IMG/VR virus record: IMGVR_UViG_3300042868_001938
Coordinates: 1 to 56,117 of that record
DNA length: 56,117 nucleotides
Strand: one strand, 5' to 3'
Origin: a virus
Lineage: Duplodnaviria; Caudoviricetes
In this document: positions 48,116 to 56,117 of the stretch, piece by piece
How positions within the stretch are numbered: the stretch's first letter is position 1
Layout of the letters: every line of letters starts with the position of its first letter
The notes under the pieces: model-generated
What the model saw: the letters and a program-made list of their open reading frames with translations, nothing else
The model's database searches: none
Told to the model about the DNA's origin: nothing
Program-made: the position numbers and the translations under genes

Positions 48116-51100
48116 ATGGCTGAAAATAATGAAAATATGGACAATCTGAACGAAACGGTTCGCAAACTAGACGATTCAATGCGTCAAATGGCTGAACGAA
48201 ACGAGCAGTTGGCCGCCGCCATGTTGGCTATGATGGGTAACATGACAGGCGTAGGCAAGTCAATGAAGGACTCAACGATAACCGCTGAGCAAGCCGCAAA
48301 GTCGTTGAAGAATCTGCAAAAAGGAGTAGACGAAAACACCGAAGCAGAAAAGATTAATACAGAAATGGCTAAGAAATACGCTGAAGCCATGGCTAATTTC
48401 TCTAAAGCGGCAACATCAAGTACCACCGCATTGACATCAATGACAAGTGCAGTATTGTCAGGTAAAGATGGTTTTGAGAAGTACAACAATGCGATAAAGA
48501 ATGCAGGTGATGCGGCTTGGAGTCTAGGTAAAAACTTTGGTATATTAGGTACAGTATTAGGCGGTGTAATTAAAGGTATGTCTATAGTTGCTGAAATGGC
48601 AACCAAACAAGCTGATGATGTACTAAAAGCTACAGATAATTTTAGTAAGCTAGGCGGTGCAGGAGCACTAACTGCTAAACAAGTTTTAGATATGGGCCAT
48701 AAAGCTGGTCTCACTGCCGCTAACTTAGAAGTAATGACGAAAGCTGCCGCTAAAGCCAACACAGGTATGGGTGGTTTGGGTAGTACACTTGGTGAAGGTA
48801 TTGTAGCGTTTGGTAAGATGACTGCTGTTACCTCAGAACAGCGTCAAGCATTTCAACGATTGGGTGTCAGTCAAGAAGAATTGATGGCTCGTCAAGCTGA
48901 CTACGTAAAATTACAAGAAATGTCAGGTAAGTCTTTAGCATCAGACGCTAAATCCGGAGACAAACTAAGAAAGCAATCATTAGAATACGCAGAAAACTTA
49001 TCTAGATTATCAGCACTAACCGGTAAGAGTGCAGATCAATTGCAAGGTGAGCAAAATGCAGCCATGCTTGAGTATGAGGAAATTGTTGCTACTCGTATTG
49101 AAGATGATAAGATTCGTAAGTTAAAAGCTGAAGGTAGAAAAGAAGAAGCTGATAGTTTAGAAAAAGAACAGAAGGCTAGAAAAGCATACATCACCCAAGT
49201 AACTAACCAATTAGGTAAAGAAGCTGGATTACAAGTAGGTAAAGTAGCAAGAACCGGTTCATATGATTCTAGTACTGCAGGATTGGCAGCACTAGGCGTA
49301 ACCCCAGATCAAGTACAAAAGGGTTACAAAGGTAAGTCAGAAGAAGAAGCTAGAGCCGGCGCTGCCGCATTTACACAGACTGTTAAAGAAAAGCAATCTG
49401 AAAAATTAGGACAATTAGGGACAGCATTACAGTACGGTGGCGAAGACTTAGGTAAAAAGTTTTTCTTAGGTAAAGAGTCGTTACAAGAAACAGGTAAGTT
49501 TGCTGAACGTGATGAAAACAAAGCTAACCAAGAAGCTACTAATAGAACGAAGGGTGCAGCAGCCGGAGCCTCAACTGCAGGTGGTGTAGCCGCTACAGAT
49601 CCGGCTCAGAAAGCAAGAAACGAACTTACTGAGATGGAAATCAAAGCAAGGGTTAAAGTTGATGAACTAGTAGCATCAATGAACCCGTTGCTAAATGGAT
49701 TTAATGCTACAACAATTGCAGCCACTGCATTAGCAGCAGCCGCAGCCGCAGCCGCACTAGCCTTGGGTGTTATGGCAGGCAAATCTCTATTGGGTAAAAT
49801 AGGTGGCGGCGAAGGTAAAGGAAAAGCCGGAGGAAAAGGCAAGACACCGGCGCCACGTGGACCGGATGGTAGATTTGTTAAAGCAGGCGCGACTGCAACT
49901 AAAGGCGCCGGCATGGTAGGGACATTAGGTAAAGGTGCCGCAGGATTAGGCAAGATTGCAGGACCAGCCGGAGCAGTGGTGTCAGTTGGTATGGGATTAC
50001 ATAGTGCCTACGAAGGTGCTAAAGATGTAGATGAAAGAGTTAAATCAGGTGAATTAACAAAAGCAGAAGGTACAGTCAAAAAATCAGAAGCAGTTGGTTC
50101 AGGCTTAGGTAGTGCCGCCGGCGGAGCAGCCGGCGCATGGGGCGGCGCAGCCGCAGGTGCTGCAATTGGTTCAGTTGTTCCGGTTGTCGGTACCGTTATT
50201 GGTGGCTTATTAGGAGCCGCAGTCGGTGGTTGGTTGGGTAGTAAAGGTGGTGAAGTTGTTGGTGAGAAAGTTGGTAAAGTAACTGGTGAAGCATTAAAAG
50301 AAACAGGAACACCTTCTGAGAAGAAAGCAATAGAAGACAAAAAAGCTGAAGTCACTAAAGATTCAACAAAAGCAACTGACACATTAAACAAAACATATTT
50401 GTCAAATAAGAAAGCAATGGAAGATTTGACACAAGCTATTAATGACTTGTCAAACATTGCTACATCTAAAGATCAACCAGGATCACCTGAAGATAAAGCA
50501 AAACGTCTAGAACAAATTTATGCTAGACTTAGTGGAGGTGGTGGCTCCGGAGGTGGTGGCTCCGGAGGTGGTGGCGCAGCCGCACCATCTGGTGGCGGTG
50601 GAGGTGGTAAAGCTACTGCTCCATCTAGTAGCGGTGGTGGTAAAGCAGGATCGTCACCTCCAACCTTATCCCCGCAGGCACCGGACGGCTCCACCGATTC
50701 AACTAGCAAGATTAAACCTGAAGATGTAATAAAATTCACAGCTAGATCCGGTAGTAAAGAATCATTTGACGCATTGGATGGTGGTATTAAAAATGCTGTT
50801 CTTAATGCTGCTGAGGAGTATAAGGCAAGTACTGGTAAAATTATACAACTCAATAGTGCTAAGAGAGATCCAGCAGATCAGCAACGATTGTATGATGACT
50901 GGGTTGCACGTGGCAAAACTGGCATGCCAGTTGGTAAACCCGGTCGTAGTTTGCACGAAAAGGGACAAGCAGTTGACATACAAAATTACAACGATCCGGC
51001 TGCTGTCGCCGCATTTAACAAACAGGGATTGTCACAAAAAGTCCCTAATGATCCGGTTCACTTCCAAGCTCGTAACGGTGGATTGTTTAGCGGGCCAAAT

Positions 51101-51376
51101 TCAGGATATGATGTTACTCTGCATGGTAGAGAAATGGTTATTCCTACTCCTGATGTATCTAAGATGTTTGACGGGAAAAACAACGTAGATAAACAAGAGC
51201 TATCTTCTGTTTTTAATCAACAAAACACTAATAACATGCAATCTGGTGACACCGCTACAGTAGATATGCTTGCAAAACTGATGGAAATGATGGAAGAAAA
51301 GATGGATGATATGATAGATAAACTAAGTGATAGTCATAGCACCCAAGAGCAGTTATTAAAGTATTCTAAAGCTTAA
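48116..51376 (+). CDS. Tape-measure-like protein with glycine-zipper segment and C-terminal M15-family Zn peptidase
   Basis: Long Ala/Lys/Gln helical region, GxxxG repeats, SAKR..QQRLY..SLHEKGQAVD..DPVH. Confidence 0.7.
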   Translation: MAENNENMDNLNETVRKLDDSMRQMAERNEQLAAAMLAMMGNMTGVGKSMKDSTITAEQAAKSLKNLQKGVDENTEAEKINTEMAKKYAEAMANFSKAATSSTTALTSMTSAVLSGKDGFEKYNNAIKNAGDAAWSLGKNFGILGTVLGGVIKGMSIVAEMATKQADDVLKATDNFSKLGGAGALTAKQVLDMGHKAGLTAANLEVMTKAAAKANTGMGGLGSTLGEGIVAFGKMTAVTSEQRQAFQRLGVSQEELMARQADYVKLQEMSGKSLASDAKSGDKLRKQSLEYAENLSRLSALTGKSADQLQGEQNAAMLEYEEIVATRIEDDKIRKLKAEGRKEEADSLEKEQKARKAYITQVTNQLGKEAGLQVGKVARTGSYDSSTAGLAALGVTPDQVQKGYKGKSEEEARAGAAAFTQTVKEKQSEKLGQLGTALQYGGEDLGKKFFLGKESLQETGKFAERDENKANQEATNRTKGAAAGASTAGGVAATDPAQKARNELTEMEIKARVKVDELVASMNPLLNGFNATTIAATALAAAAAAAALALGVMAGKSLLGKIGGGEGKGKAGGKGKTPAPRGPDGRFVKAGATATKGAGMVGTLGKGAAGLGKIAGPAGAVVSVGMGLHSAYEGAKDVDERVKSGELTKAEGTVKKSEAVGSGLGSAAGGAAGAWGGAAAGAAIGSVVPVVGTVIGGLLGAAVGGWLGSKGGEVVGEKVGKVTGEALKETGTPSEKKAIEDKKAEVTKDSTKATDTLNKTYLSNKKAMEDLTQAINDLSNIATSKDQPGSPEDKAKRLEQIYARLSGGGGSGGGGSGGGGAAAPSGGGGGGKATAPSSSGGGKAGSSPPTLSPQAPDGSTDSTSKIKPEDVIKFTARSGSKESFDALDGGIKNAVLNAAEEYKASTGKIIQLNSAKRDPADQQRLYDDWVARGKTGMPVGKPGRSLHEKGQAVDIQNYNDPAAVAAFNKQGLSQKVPNDPVHFQARNGGLFSGPNSGYDVTLHGREMVIPTPDVSKMFDGKNNVDKQELSSVFNQQNTNNMQSGDTATVDMLAKLMEMMEEKMDDMIDKLSDSHSTQEQLLKYSKA
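50534..50575 (+). repeat. 15-bp tandem repeat GGAGGTGGTGGCTCC x~3 encoding a (GGGGS)n linker
   Basis: Directly visible. Confidence 0.9.
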
Positions 51377-51378
51377 CG

Positions 51379-51385
51379 CTAAATA
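51379..51385 (+). promoter_or_regulatory. Late promoter CTAAATA
   Basis: 7 nt upstream of the portal ATG. Confidence 0.65.
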
Positions 51386-51392
51386 CTACGCT

Positions 51393-53192
51393 ATGACATA
51401 TAAAAAACGTTTTCTAAACAGAAGTGGTATATCCAGTCCAATCTCAGGTGGCAACAGTAATGCTGATGCATGGAATGGTAGTCCAGGACAAAATGGGTCA
51501 CCAACCGGCGGTTGGAACAATGACCAATTTGGGTACAAGAACTATGGAAGTAGATTACCAGAAGTATATACAGGTCACCCAAACCGTATCGAACGATACA
51601 ATCAATATGAAATGATGGACGTTGATGCAGAAATTAACGCTTGCTTAGATATTATCTCTGAGTTCAGTACTCAGAAAAATGAACACAACAAAACACCGTT
51701 TGCATTTGAATTCAAAGAAGAACCTACTCAACACGAAGTTGAATTATTGAAAACACAATTACAACAGTGGTGTAAACTAAACGAGTTTGATACAAGAGTT
51801 TTTAAGATTTTTAGAAACACTATCAAATTTGGAGATCAAGTATTTGTAAGAGATCCAGAGAACTTTAAGTTGTACTGGATTGACATGACTAAGATTATCA
51901 AAGTTATTGTTAATGAAAGTGAAGGCAAGAAGCCCGAACAGTATGTTATCAAAGACATTAACATTAACTTACAAAACTTATCTGCGGCTCAAAAGACCAA
52001 CACAGACTTTGCGGCTAACCCTGCAACAGGTTTAGGTGGTACAGGTGGCGGCGGTACAGGTGGTAGCGGTGGATATACTGCACCAAGTATGCCCTATAAC
52101 ACAACAGGTAGTCGATTCACTTTGGGCCAGAGCGAGTCAGCCATAGATGCTAAACATGTAGTCCATCTAAGTTTGACAGAAGGTCTGGATCGTTTCTGGC
52201 CCTTTGGTCAGAGTGTACTAGAAAACATCTTTAAAGTTTATAAGCAAAAAGAATTACTAGAAGATGCGGTTCTTATCTATCGTGTACAACGTGCGCCTGA
52301 ACGTAGAATGTTCAAGATTGACGTTGGTAACATGCCAAGTCACATGGCTATGGCTTTCGTTGAGCGTATTAAAAACGAAATTCACCAACGTAGAATTCCT
52401 AGTGTATATGGTGGATCATCTGTAGTAGATGCTTCATACAACCCATTATCAATGAACGAAGATTACTTCTTCCCCGTCACTGCTGATGGCAGAGGATCAA
52501 GTGTTGAGGTACTACCCGGTGGACAAAACTTAGGTGAGATTGATGACTTGCGCTACTTCAACAATAGGTTAGCTCGTGGTTTGCGAGTACCAAGTAGCTA
52601 TCTTCCTACAGGTCCAGATGATAACACAACTCCATTGAGTGACGGTCGTGTTGGTACTGCGATGATTCAAGAGTTCCGTTTCAATCAATATTGCGAACGT
52701 CTTCAAAGCTATATGGCAATGAAGTTAGACGAAGAATTCAAATTATTCTTGCGTTGGAGAGGCTTCAATATTGATTCAGGACTATTCCAATTAACATTCA
52801 ATCCACCGCAAAACTTTGCGGCTTATCGTCAAAGTGAGTTGGATACCGCACGTATCAGTTCTTTCACTGCTATTGAACAGTATCCATATATCTCTAAACG
52901 CTTTGCACTAGAGCGTTTCTTAGGTCTTACTGAAGAAGAAATTTCTAAGAACGAAACTATGTGGCGTGAAGAAAATAACAAAGAATCTGATAACGATCCT
53001 GCAGGCTCAGACTTACGTAGTGTGGGTGTATCTGTTGGAGACTTAGAAACAGATGAACAAACCGCAGCCGATATGGAAGCTCCACCTGAAGAAGGAGCAA
53101 TGCCCGATGGTGGTGTAGCAGGACCAGTAGGCGATGCGGCAACAGGTGGCATGGCAGGTGGAACACCCGCACCTGCTGGTAATGGCATGTAA
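51393..53192 (+). CDS. gp20: Portal vertex protein
   Basis: LLEDAVLIYRVQRAPERRMFKIDVGNMP, MNEDYFFP, LPGGQNLGEIDDLRYF. Confidence 0.95.
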   Translation: MTYKKRFLNRSGISSPISGGNSNADAWNGSPGQNGSPTGGWNNDQFGYKNYGSRLPEVYTGHPNRIERYNQYEMMDVDAEINACLDIISEFSTQKNEHNKTPFAFEFKEEPTQHEVELLKTQLQQWCKLNEFDTRVFKIFRNTIKFGDQVFVRDPENFKLYWIDMTKIIKVIVNESEGKKPEQYVIKDININLQNLSAAQKTNTDFAANPATGLGGTGGGGTGGSGGYTAPSMPYNTTGSRFTLGQSESAIDAKHVVHLSLTEGLDRFWPFGQSVLENIFKVYKQKELLEDAVLIYRVQRAPERRMFKIDVGNMPSHMAMAFVERIKNEIHQRRIPSVYGGSSVVDASYNPLSMNEDYFFPVTADGRGSSVEVLPGGQNLGEIDDLRYFNNRLARGLRVPSSYLPTGPDDNTTPLSDGRVGTAMIQEFRFNQYCERLQSYMAMKLDEEFKLFLRWRGFNIDSGLFQLTFNPPQNFAAYRQSELDTARISSFTAIEQYPYISKRFALERFLGLTEEEISKNETMWREENNKESDNDPAGSDLRSVGVSVGDLETDEQTAADMEAPPEEGAMPDGGVAGPVGDAATGGMAGGTPAPAGNGM

Positions 53193-53208
53193 AAAGATAA
53201 ATAGTAAT

Positions 53209-53445
53209 ATGAAATTATTTGAAATGTTTGATGCGGCAATTCAAGGTTATCAAGATTTAGAGTCTGATAACAGCAAGCCTAAGTGGCGTGAATCCCGTAA
53301 AACAAAACTAACATTAAAACAAATTCGTAAGTTAAGAAAGATGTTAGATGTTCGTAACTACGAAAAACAGAAGTATATGAAGAAAGTTCATGAGCAATAC
53401 GGTGCGGCTGCAGCCGCCGCCGGAGCAGAAACTCCTACAGTTTAA
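53209..53445 (+). CDS. Small basic head-module protein
   Basis: ATG at 53209 after GATAAATA (53196-53203); RKTKLTLKQIRKLRKM. Confidence 0.75.
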   Translation: MKLFEMFDAAIQGYQDLESDNSKPKWRESRKTKLTLKQIRKLRKMLDVRNYEKQKYMKKVHEQYGAAAAAAGAETPTV

Positions 53446-53478
53446 CAGTAAAAATGTTATTCTGAACGAAAACGTAAA

Positions 53479-53503
53479 AAAACAGCACTTATTGTGCTGT
53501 TTT
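53479..53503. terminator. Intrinsic terminator-like hairpin (possibly bidirectional)
   Basis: AAAACAGCAC-TTATT-GTGCTGTTTT, followed by CTAAATA at 53516-53522. Confidence 0.6.
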
Positions 53504-53558
53504 CCATGATACACACTAAATAATTCTACAAAGCCATTCTATTTAGGAGAAACAAACA

Positions 53559-54398
53559 ATGGATAACAAAAAATTTGAACAACTTATTAATTTAATCATT
53601 AATGAGAACGAAGAACAAGCACGTGCATTGTTCCATGATATCGTGGTTGAAAAATCCCGCGAAATCTATGAAGGAATGATGGATGATGAAATGGGTGAAG
53701 GCATGGGCGGTCAAGTAGGTGATCTACTAGACGAGATCAATGCTGAAGAAGCCGGTGGCATGACTGAAGATGACGAAGCCGATATCGAATTTGATGACGG
53801 TGACGAAGACGGTGAAGAAGTTGAGCTAGAACTAGGCGATGAAGGTGAAGAAGGCGGTCTAGAAGACCGTGTTGTTGACCTAGAAGATAAATTAGACCAG
53901 CTAATGGCTGAGTTTGAAGACATCATGGGCGGTGACGCTGACGAAGGTGCTGACGATTTTGAAGCTGGTGAAGAAGAAGGCATGGCCGACTTTGGTGCTG
54001 GTGAAGAAGAAGGCGCTGAAGAAGCTATGATGGAAGCCGTACAAATGAAACAAATCGGCGGCTCAACTTATAACAAGTATGGTCAAATGGGTGACAATGG
54101 CGCTCAAACAAAGAGCCCAAGCTTAGTAAACAGCGGTCAAGCTGGTATGGATTCTAAGCCAGTTAAATTCTCTGGTGCATCTGAGTCTGTTCCTACAAGC
54201 CCAAAAGCTCCAAGCAATGCTTATACAAAAGGTGAAACGTCTGTAAAAGGTGCTGGATCATTTAAGAATGCTCCTGCTCAGAACAACTTTAGTGAAAAAG
54301 GTGAATCTACACCTAAGCCAGTAACTAAAGACGAAGCAGGTAAAGTACGTAGCCCAGTAGCTGAGTCACGTAATACTCCAGCTAAAAGACGTATCTAA
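53559..54398 (+). CDS. Acidic prohead core/scaffold-type protein (gp67/68 position)
   Basis: Very D/E-rich, between portal and protease, AGGAG RBS. Confidence 0.6.
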   Translation: MDNKKFEQLINLIINENEEQARALFHDIVVEKSREIYEGMMDDEMGEGMGGQVGDLLDEINAEEAGGMTEDDEADIEFDDGDEDGEEVELELGDEGEEGGLEDRVVDLEDKLDQLMAEFEDIMGGDADEGADDFEAGEEEGMADFGAGEEEGAEEAMMEAVQMKQIGGSTYNKYGQMGDNGAQTKSPSLVNSGQAGMDSKPVKFSGASESVPTSPKAPSNAYTKGETSVKGAGSFKNAPAQNNFSEKGESTPKPVTKDEAGKVRSPVAESRNTPAKRRI

Positions 54399-54412
54399 TA
54401 GGATCTGAGAGA

Positions 54413-55048
54413 ATGGCTTTGTATCTCAAAGAACATCTGACATTCGACCGTGCTAGCATGGTCGTTGAGTCGTCAGGTGAAGGCAAAGAAAAATCCCTTT
54501 ATATGAAGGGGATTTTCATTCAGGGCGGGGTAAAGAACGCAAATGAGCGTGTTTACCCCGTTTCCGAAATTACTAATGCTGTTGAAACTCTTAACAAACA
54601 AGTCTCAGAAGGCTATTCAGTCTTAGGCGAAGTCGATCACCCGGATGATTTAAAAATCAACCTAGACCGTGTGTCACACATGATTACATCTATGTGGATG
54701 GACGGCGCAAACGGCTTCGGAAAACTAAAGATTTTACCAACTCCAATGGGACAGTTAGTGTCTACTATGTTGGAGAGTGGTGTCAAACTAGGTGTATCAA
54801 GTCGAGGTAGCGGTAACGTGAACGACATGAATGGCCATGTCAGTGACTTTGAAATAGTCACTGTGGATATTGTCGCTCAACCGAGTGCTCCCAATGCATA
54901 TCCTAAAGCAATCTATGAAGGCATGATGAATATGCGTCATGGTCATAGAACGCTTGATATTGCAAAAGATGCTCAGACCGACAAAAAAGTAGAAAAGTAT
55001 TTGAAAGAGGAAGTAATGCGCCTCATCAAAGACTTGAAAATCAAATAA
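54413..55048 (+). CDS. gp21: Prohead protease
   Basis: GIFIQ..KNANERVYP, GEVDHP, TPMG, GVSSRGSG, DIVAQPSAPNA. Confidence 0.95.
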   Translation: MALYLKEHLTFDRASMVVESSGEGKEKSLYMKGIFIQGGVKNANERVYPVSEITNAVETLNKQVSEGYSVLGEVDHPDDLKINLDRVSHMITSMWMDGANGFGKLKILPTPMGQLVSTMLESGVKLGVSSRGSGNVNDMNGHVSDFEIVTVDIVAQPSAPNAYPKAIYEGMMNMRHGHRTLDIAKDAQTDKKVEKYLKEEVMRLIKDLKIK

Positions 55049-55060
55049 AGGGGAATAAGC

Positions 55061-56117
55061 ATGTTTGATGCTATCAAACCATTACTTGACGGTGGACTAA
55101 TCAATGAGGATGTTGGTCAAGCTCTTAACGAAGCTTGGGAAACAAAATTAAATGAAGCCCGAGAACAAGTACGTGCAGAATTACGTGAAGAATTTGCACA
55201 ACGTTACGAACACGATAGAGTCGTAATGGTTGAAGCCCTTGATAAGATGGTTACAGACAGTCTATCAGAAGAAATTGAAGAATTTCGTGCTGAAAAGATT
55301 GCAATGAACGAAGACCGTGTAAGAGCACAAAACAAATTACGTGAATCCGCAACAAAATTCAATGATTTTATGGTTACTAAACTAGCTGAAGAAATCAAAG
55401 AACTACGCAGTGATCGTAAGATTCAGAAAGAAAGTCAAGAGAAGTTAGAACAATTCGTTGTTCACGCTTTATCACGTGAGATTAAAGAATTCTCACAAGA
55501 CAAGAAAGCTGTAGTTGAAGCTAAGGTTAAGTTAGTTGCAGAAGGTCGTAAACAACTTGAATCATTGAAGTCACGTTTTGTGGCTGAAAGTGCTAAGAGA
55601 TTGAATACAGTAGTCTCATCTCATCTAAAGGGTGAATTATCTCAATTGAAGGAAGACATTAAAGTTGCTCGTGAGAACAATTTTGGTCGCCGACTATTTG
55701 AAGCATTTGCAGGTGAATTCAGCGTTACTCATTTAAATGAGAAATCTGAAACTCGCAAACTAGTAGCAAAATTAGCTGAGAAAGAATCTCAACTAGCAGA
55801 AGCTAAACAACAAGTAAACCAAACTGCACAGTTAGTTGAAAGTAAGGAACGTGAAGTTCGCATTATTAAAGAGTCTGTTAATCGTGAGAAAGCAATGGGT
55901 CAACTATTGTCTACTCTAAACGAAGAAAAGGCCGCTGTAATGCAGAGCTTACTAGAAGGTGTGCAAACAACTAAGTTGCAAGCCACTTTCGATAAGTATT
56001 TACCAGCAGTGTTGAATACCGGAGCTGACAAATCTACAAAGATTGTCAAGGAACGTATTGTAGAAGCAACTGGTAATAAAACTGCCAAAAAAGAAGTTGA
56101 AGTCGAAGCACGTGATA
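55061..56117 (+). CDS. gp22: Prohead core scaffolding protein (truncated by window edge)
   Basis: Not in the ORF track; ATG at 55061, MFDAIKPLL..EAWETKLNEAREQVRAELREEFAQRYEHD, coiled coil open to the window end, follows gp21. Confidence 0.8.
   Translation, partial: MFDAIKPLLDGGLINEDVGQALNEAWETKLNEAREQVRAELREEFAQRYEHDRVVMVEALDKMVTDSLSEEIEEFRAEKIAMNEDRVRAQNKLRESATKFNDFMVTKLAEEIKELRSDRKIQKESQEKLEQFVVHALSREIKEFSQDKKAVVEAKVKLVAEGRKQLESLKSRFVAESAKRLNTVVSSHLKGELSQLKEDIKVARENNFGRRLFEAFAGEFSVTHLNEKSETRKLVAKLAEKESQLAEAKQQVNQTAQLVESKEREVRIIKESVNREKAMGQLLSTLNEEKAAVMQSLLEGVQTTKLQATFDKYLPAVLNTGADKSTKIVKERIVEATGNKTAKKEVEVEARD

Noticed and set aside
48184-50853. Several 100-190-aa minus-strand ORFs
   Set aside because: Antisense shadows of the tape-measure-like gene, no independent signals
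1-56117. Stop-codon reassignment, tRNA genes, inteins or homing endonucleases
   Set aside because: Code 11 gives dense intact ORFs using TAA and TGA stops; no cloverleaf, intein or HNH/GIY-YIG motifs noticed by eye

Overview
AT-rich, gene-dense segment of a large T4-like (myovirus) tailed phage genome, standard genetic code. From left to right: (i) a minus-strand late block ending in radical-SAM and glycosyltransferase-like genes, preceded by tail-fibre/baseplate genes including a 6362-aa giant repeat protein and gp6-, gp25-, gp5-, hub-, gp53/LysM- and gp48/54-like genes (1-40795); (ii) a plus-strand gp55 late sigma / gp47 / gp46 / split radical SAM-SPASM / Holliday-junction-resolvase block driven by sigma70-like promoters (40923-46484); (iii) a ~490-nt non-coding interval that folds into a multi-domain, pseudoknotted + strand RNA (46497-46985); (iv) a gp26-like gene with a textbook -1 frameshift signal (U UUU UUC, 6-nt spacer, hairpin) leading into a small downstream ORF, divergent from a tape-measure-like gene with an M15 peptidase domain; (v) the head module (portal, core proteins, prohead protease, scaffold; truncated). 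(C/A)TAAATA-type late promoters mark most structural genes. The most promising novel elements are the large structured RNA and the programmed frameshift. All product calls come from motif recognition and synteny; no database search was run.
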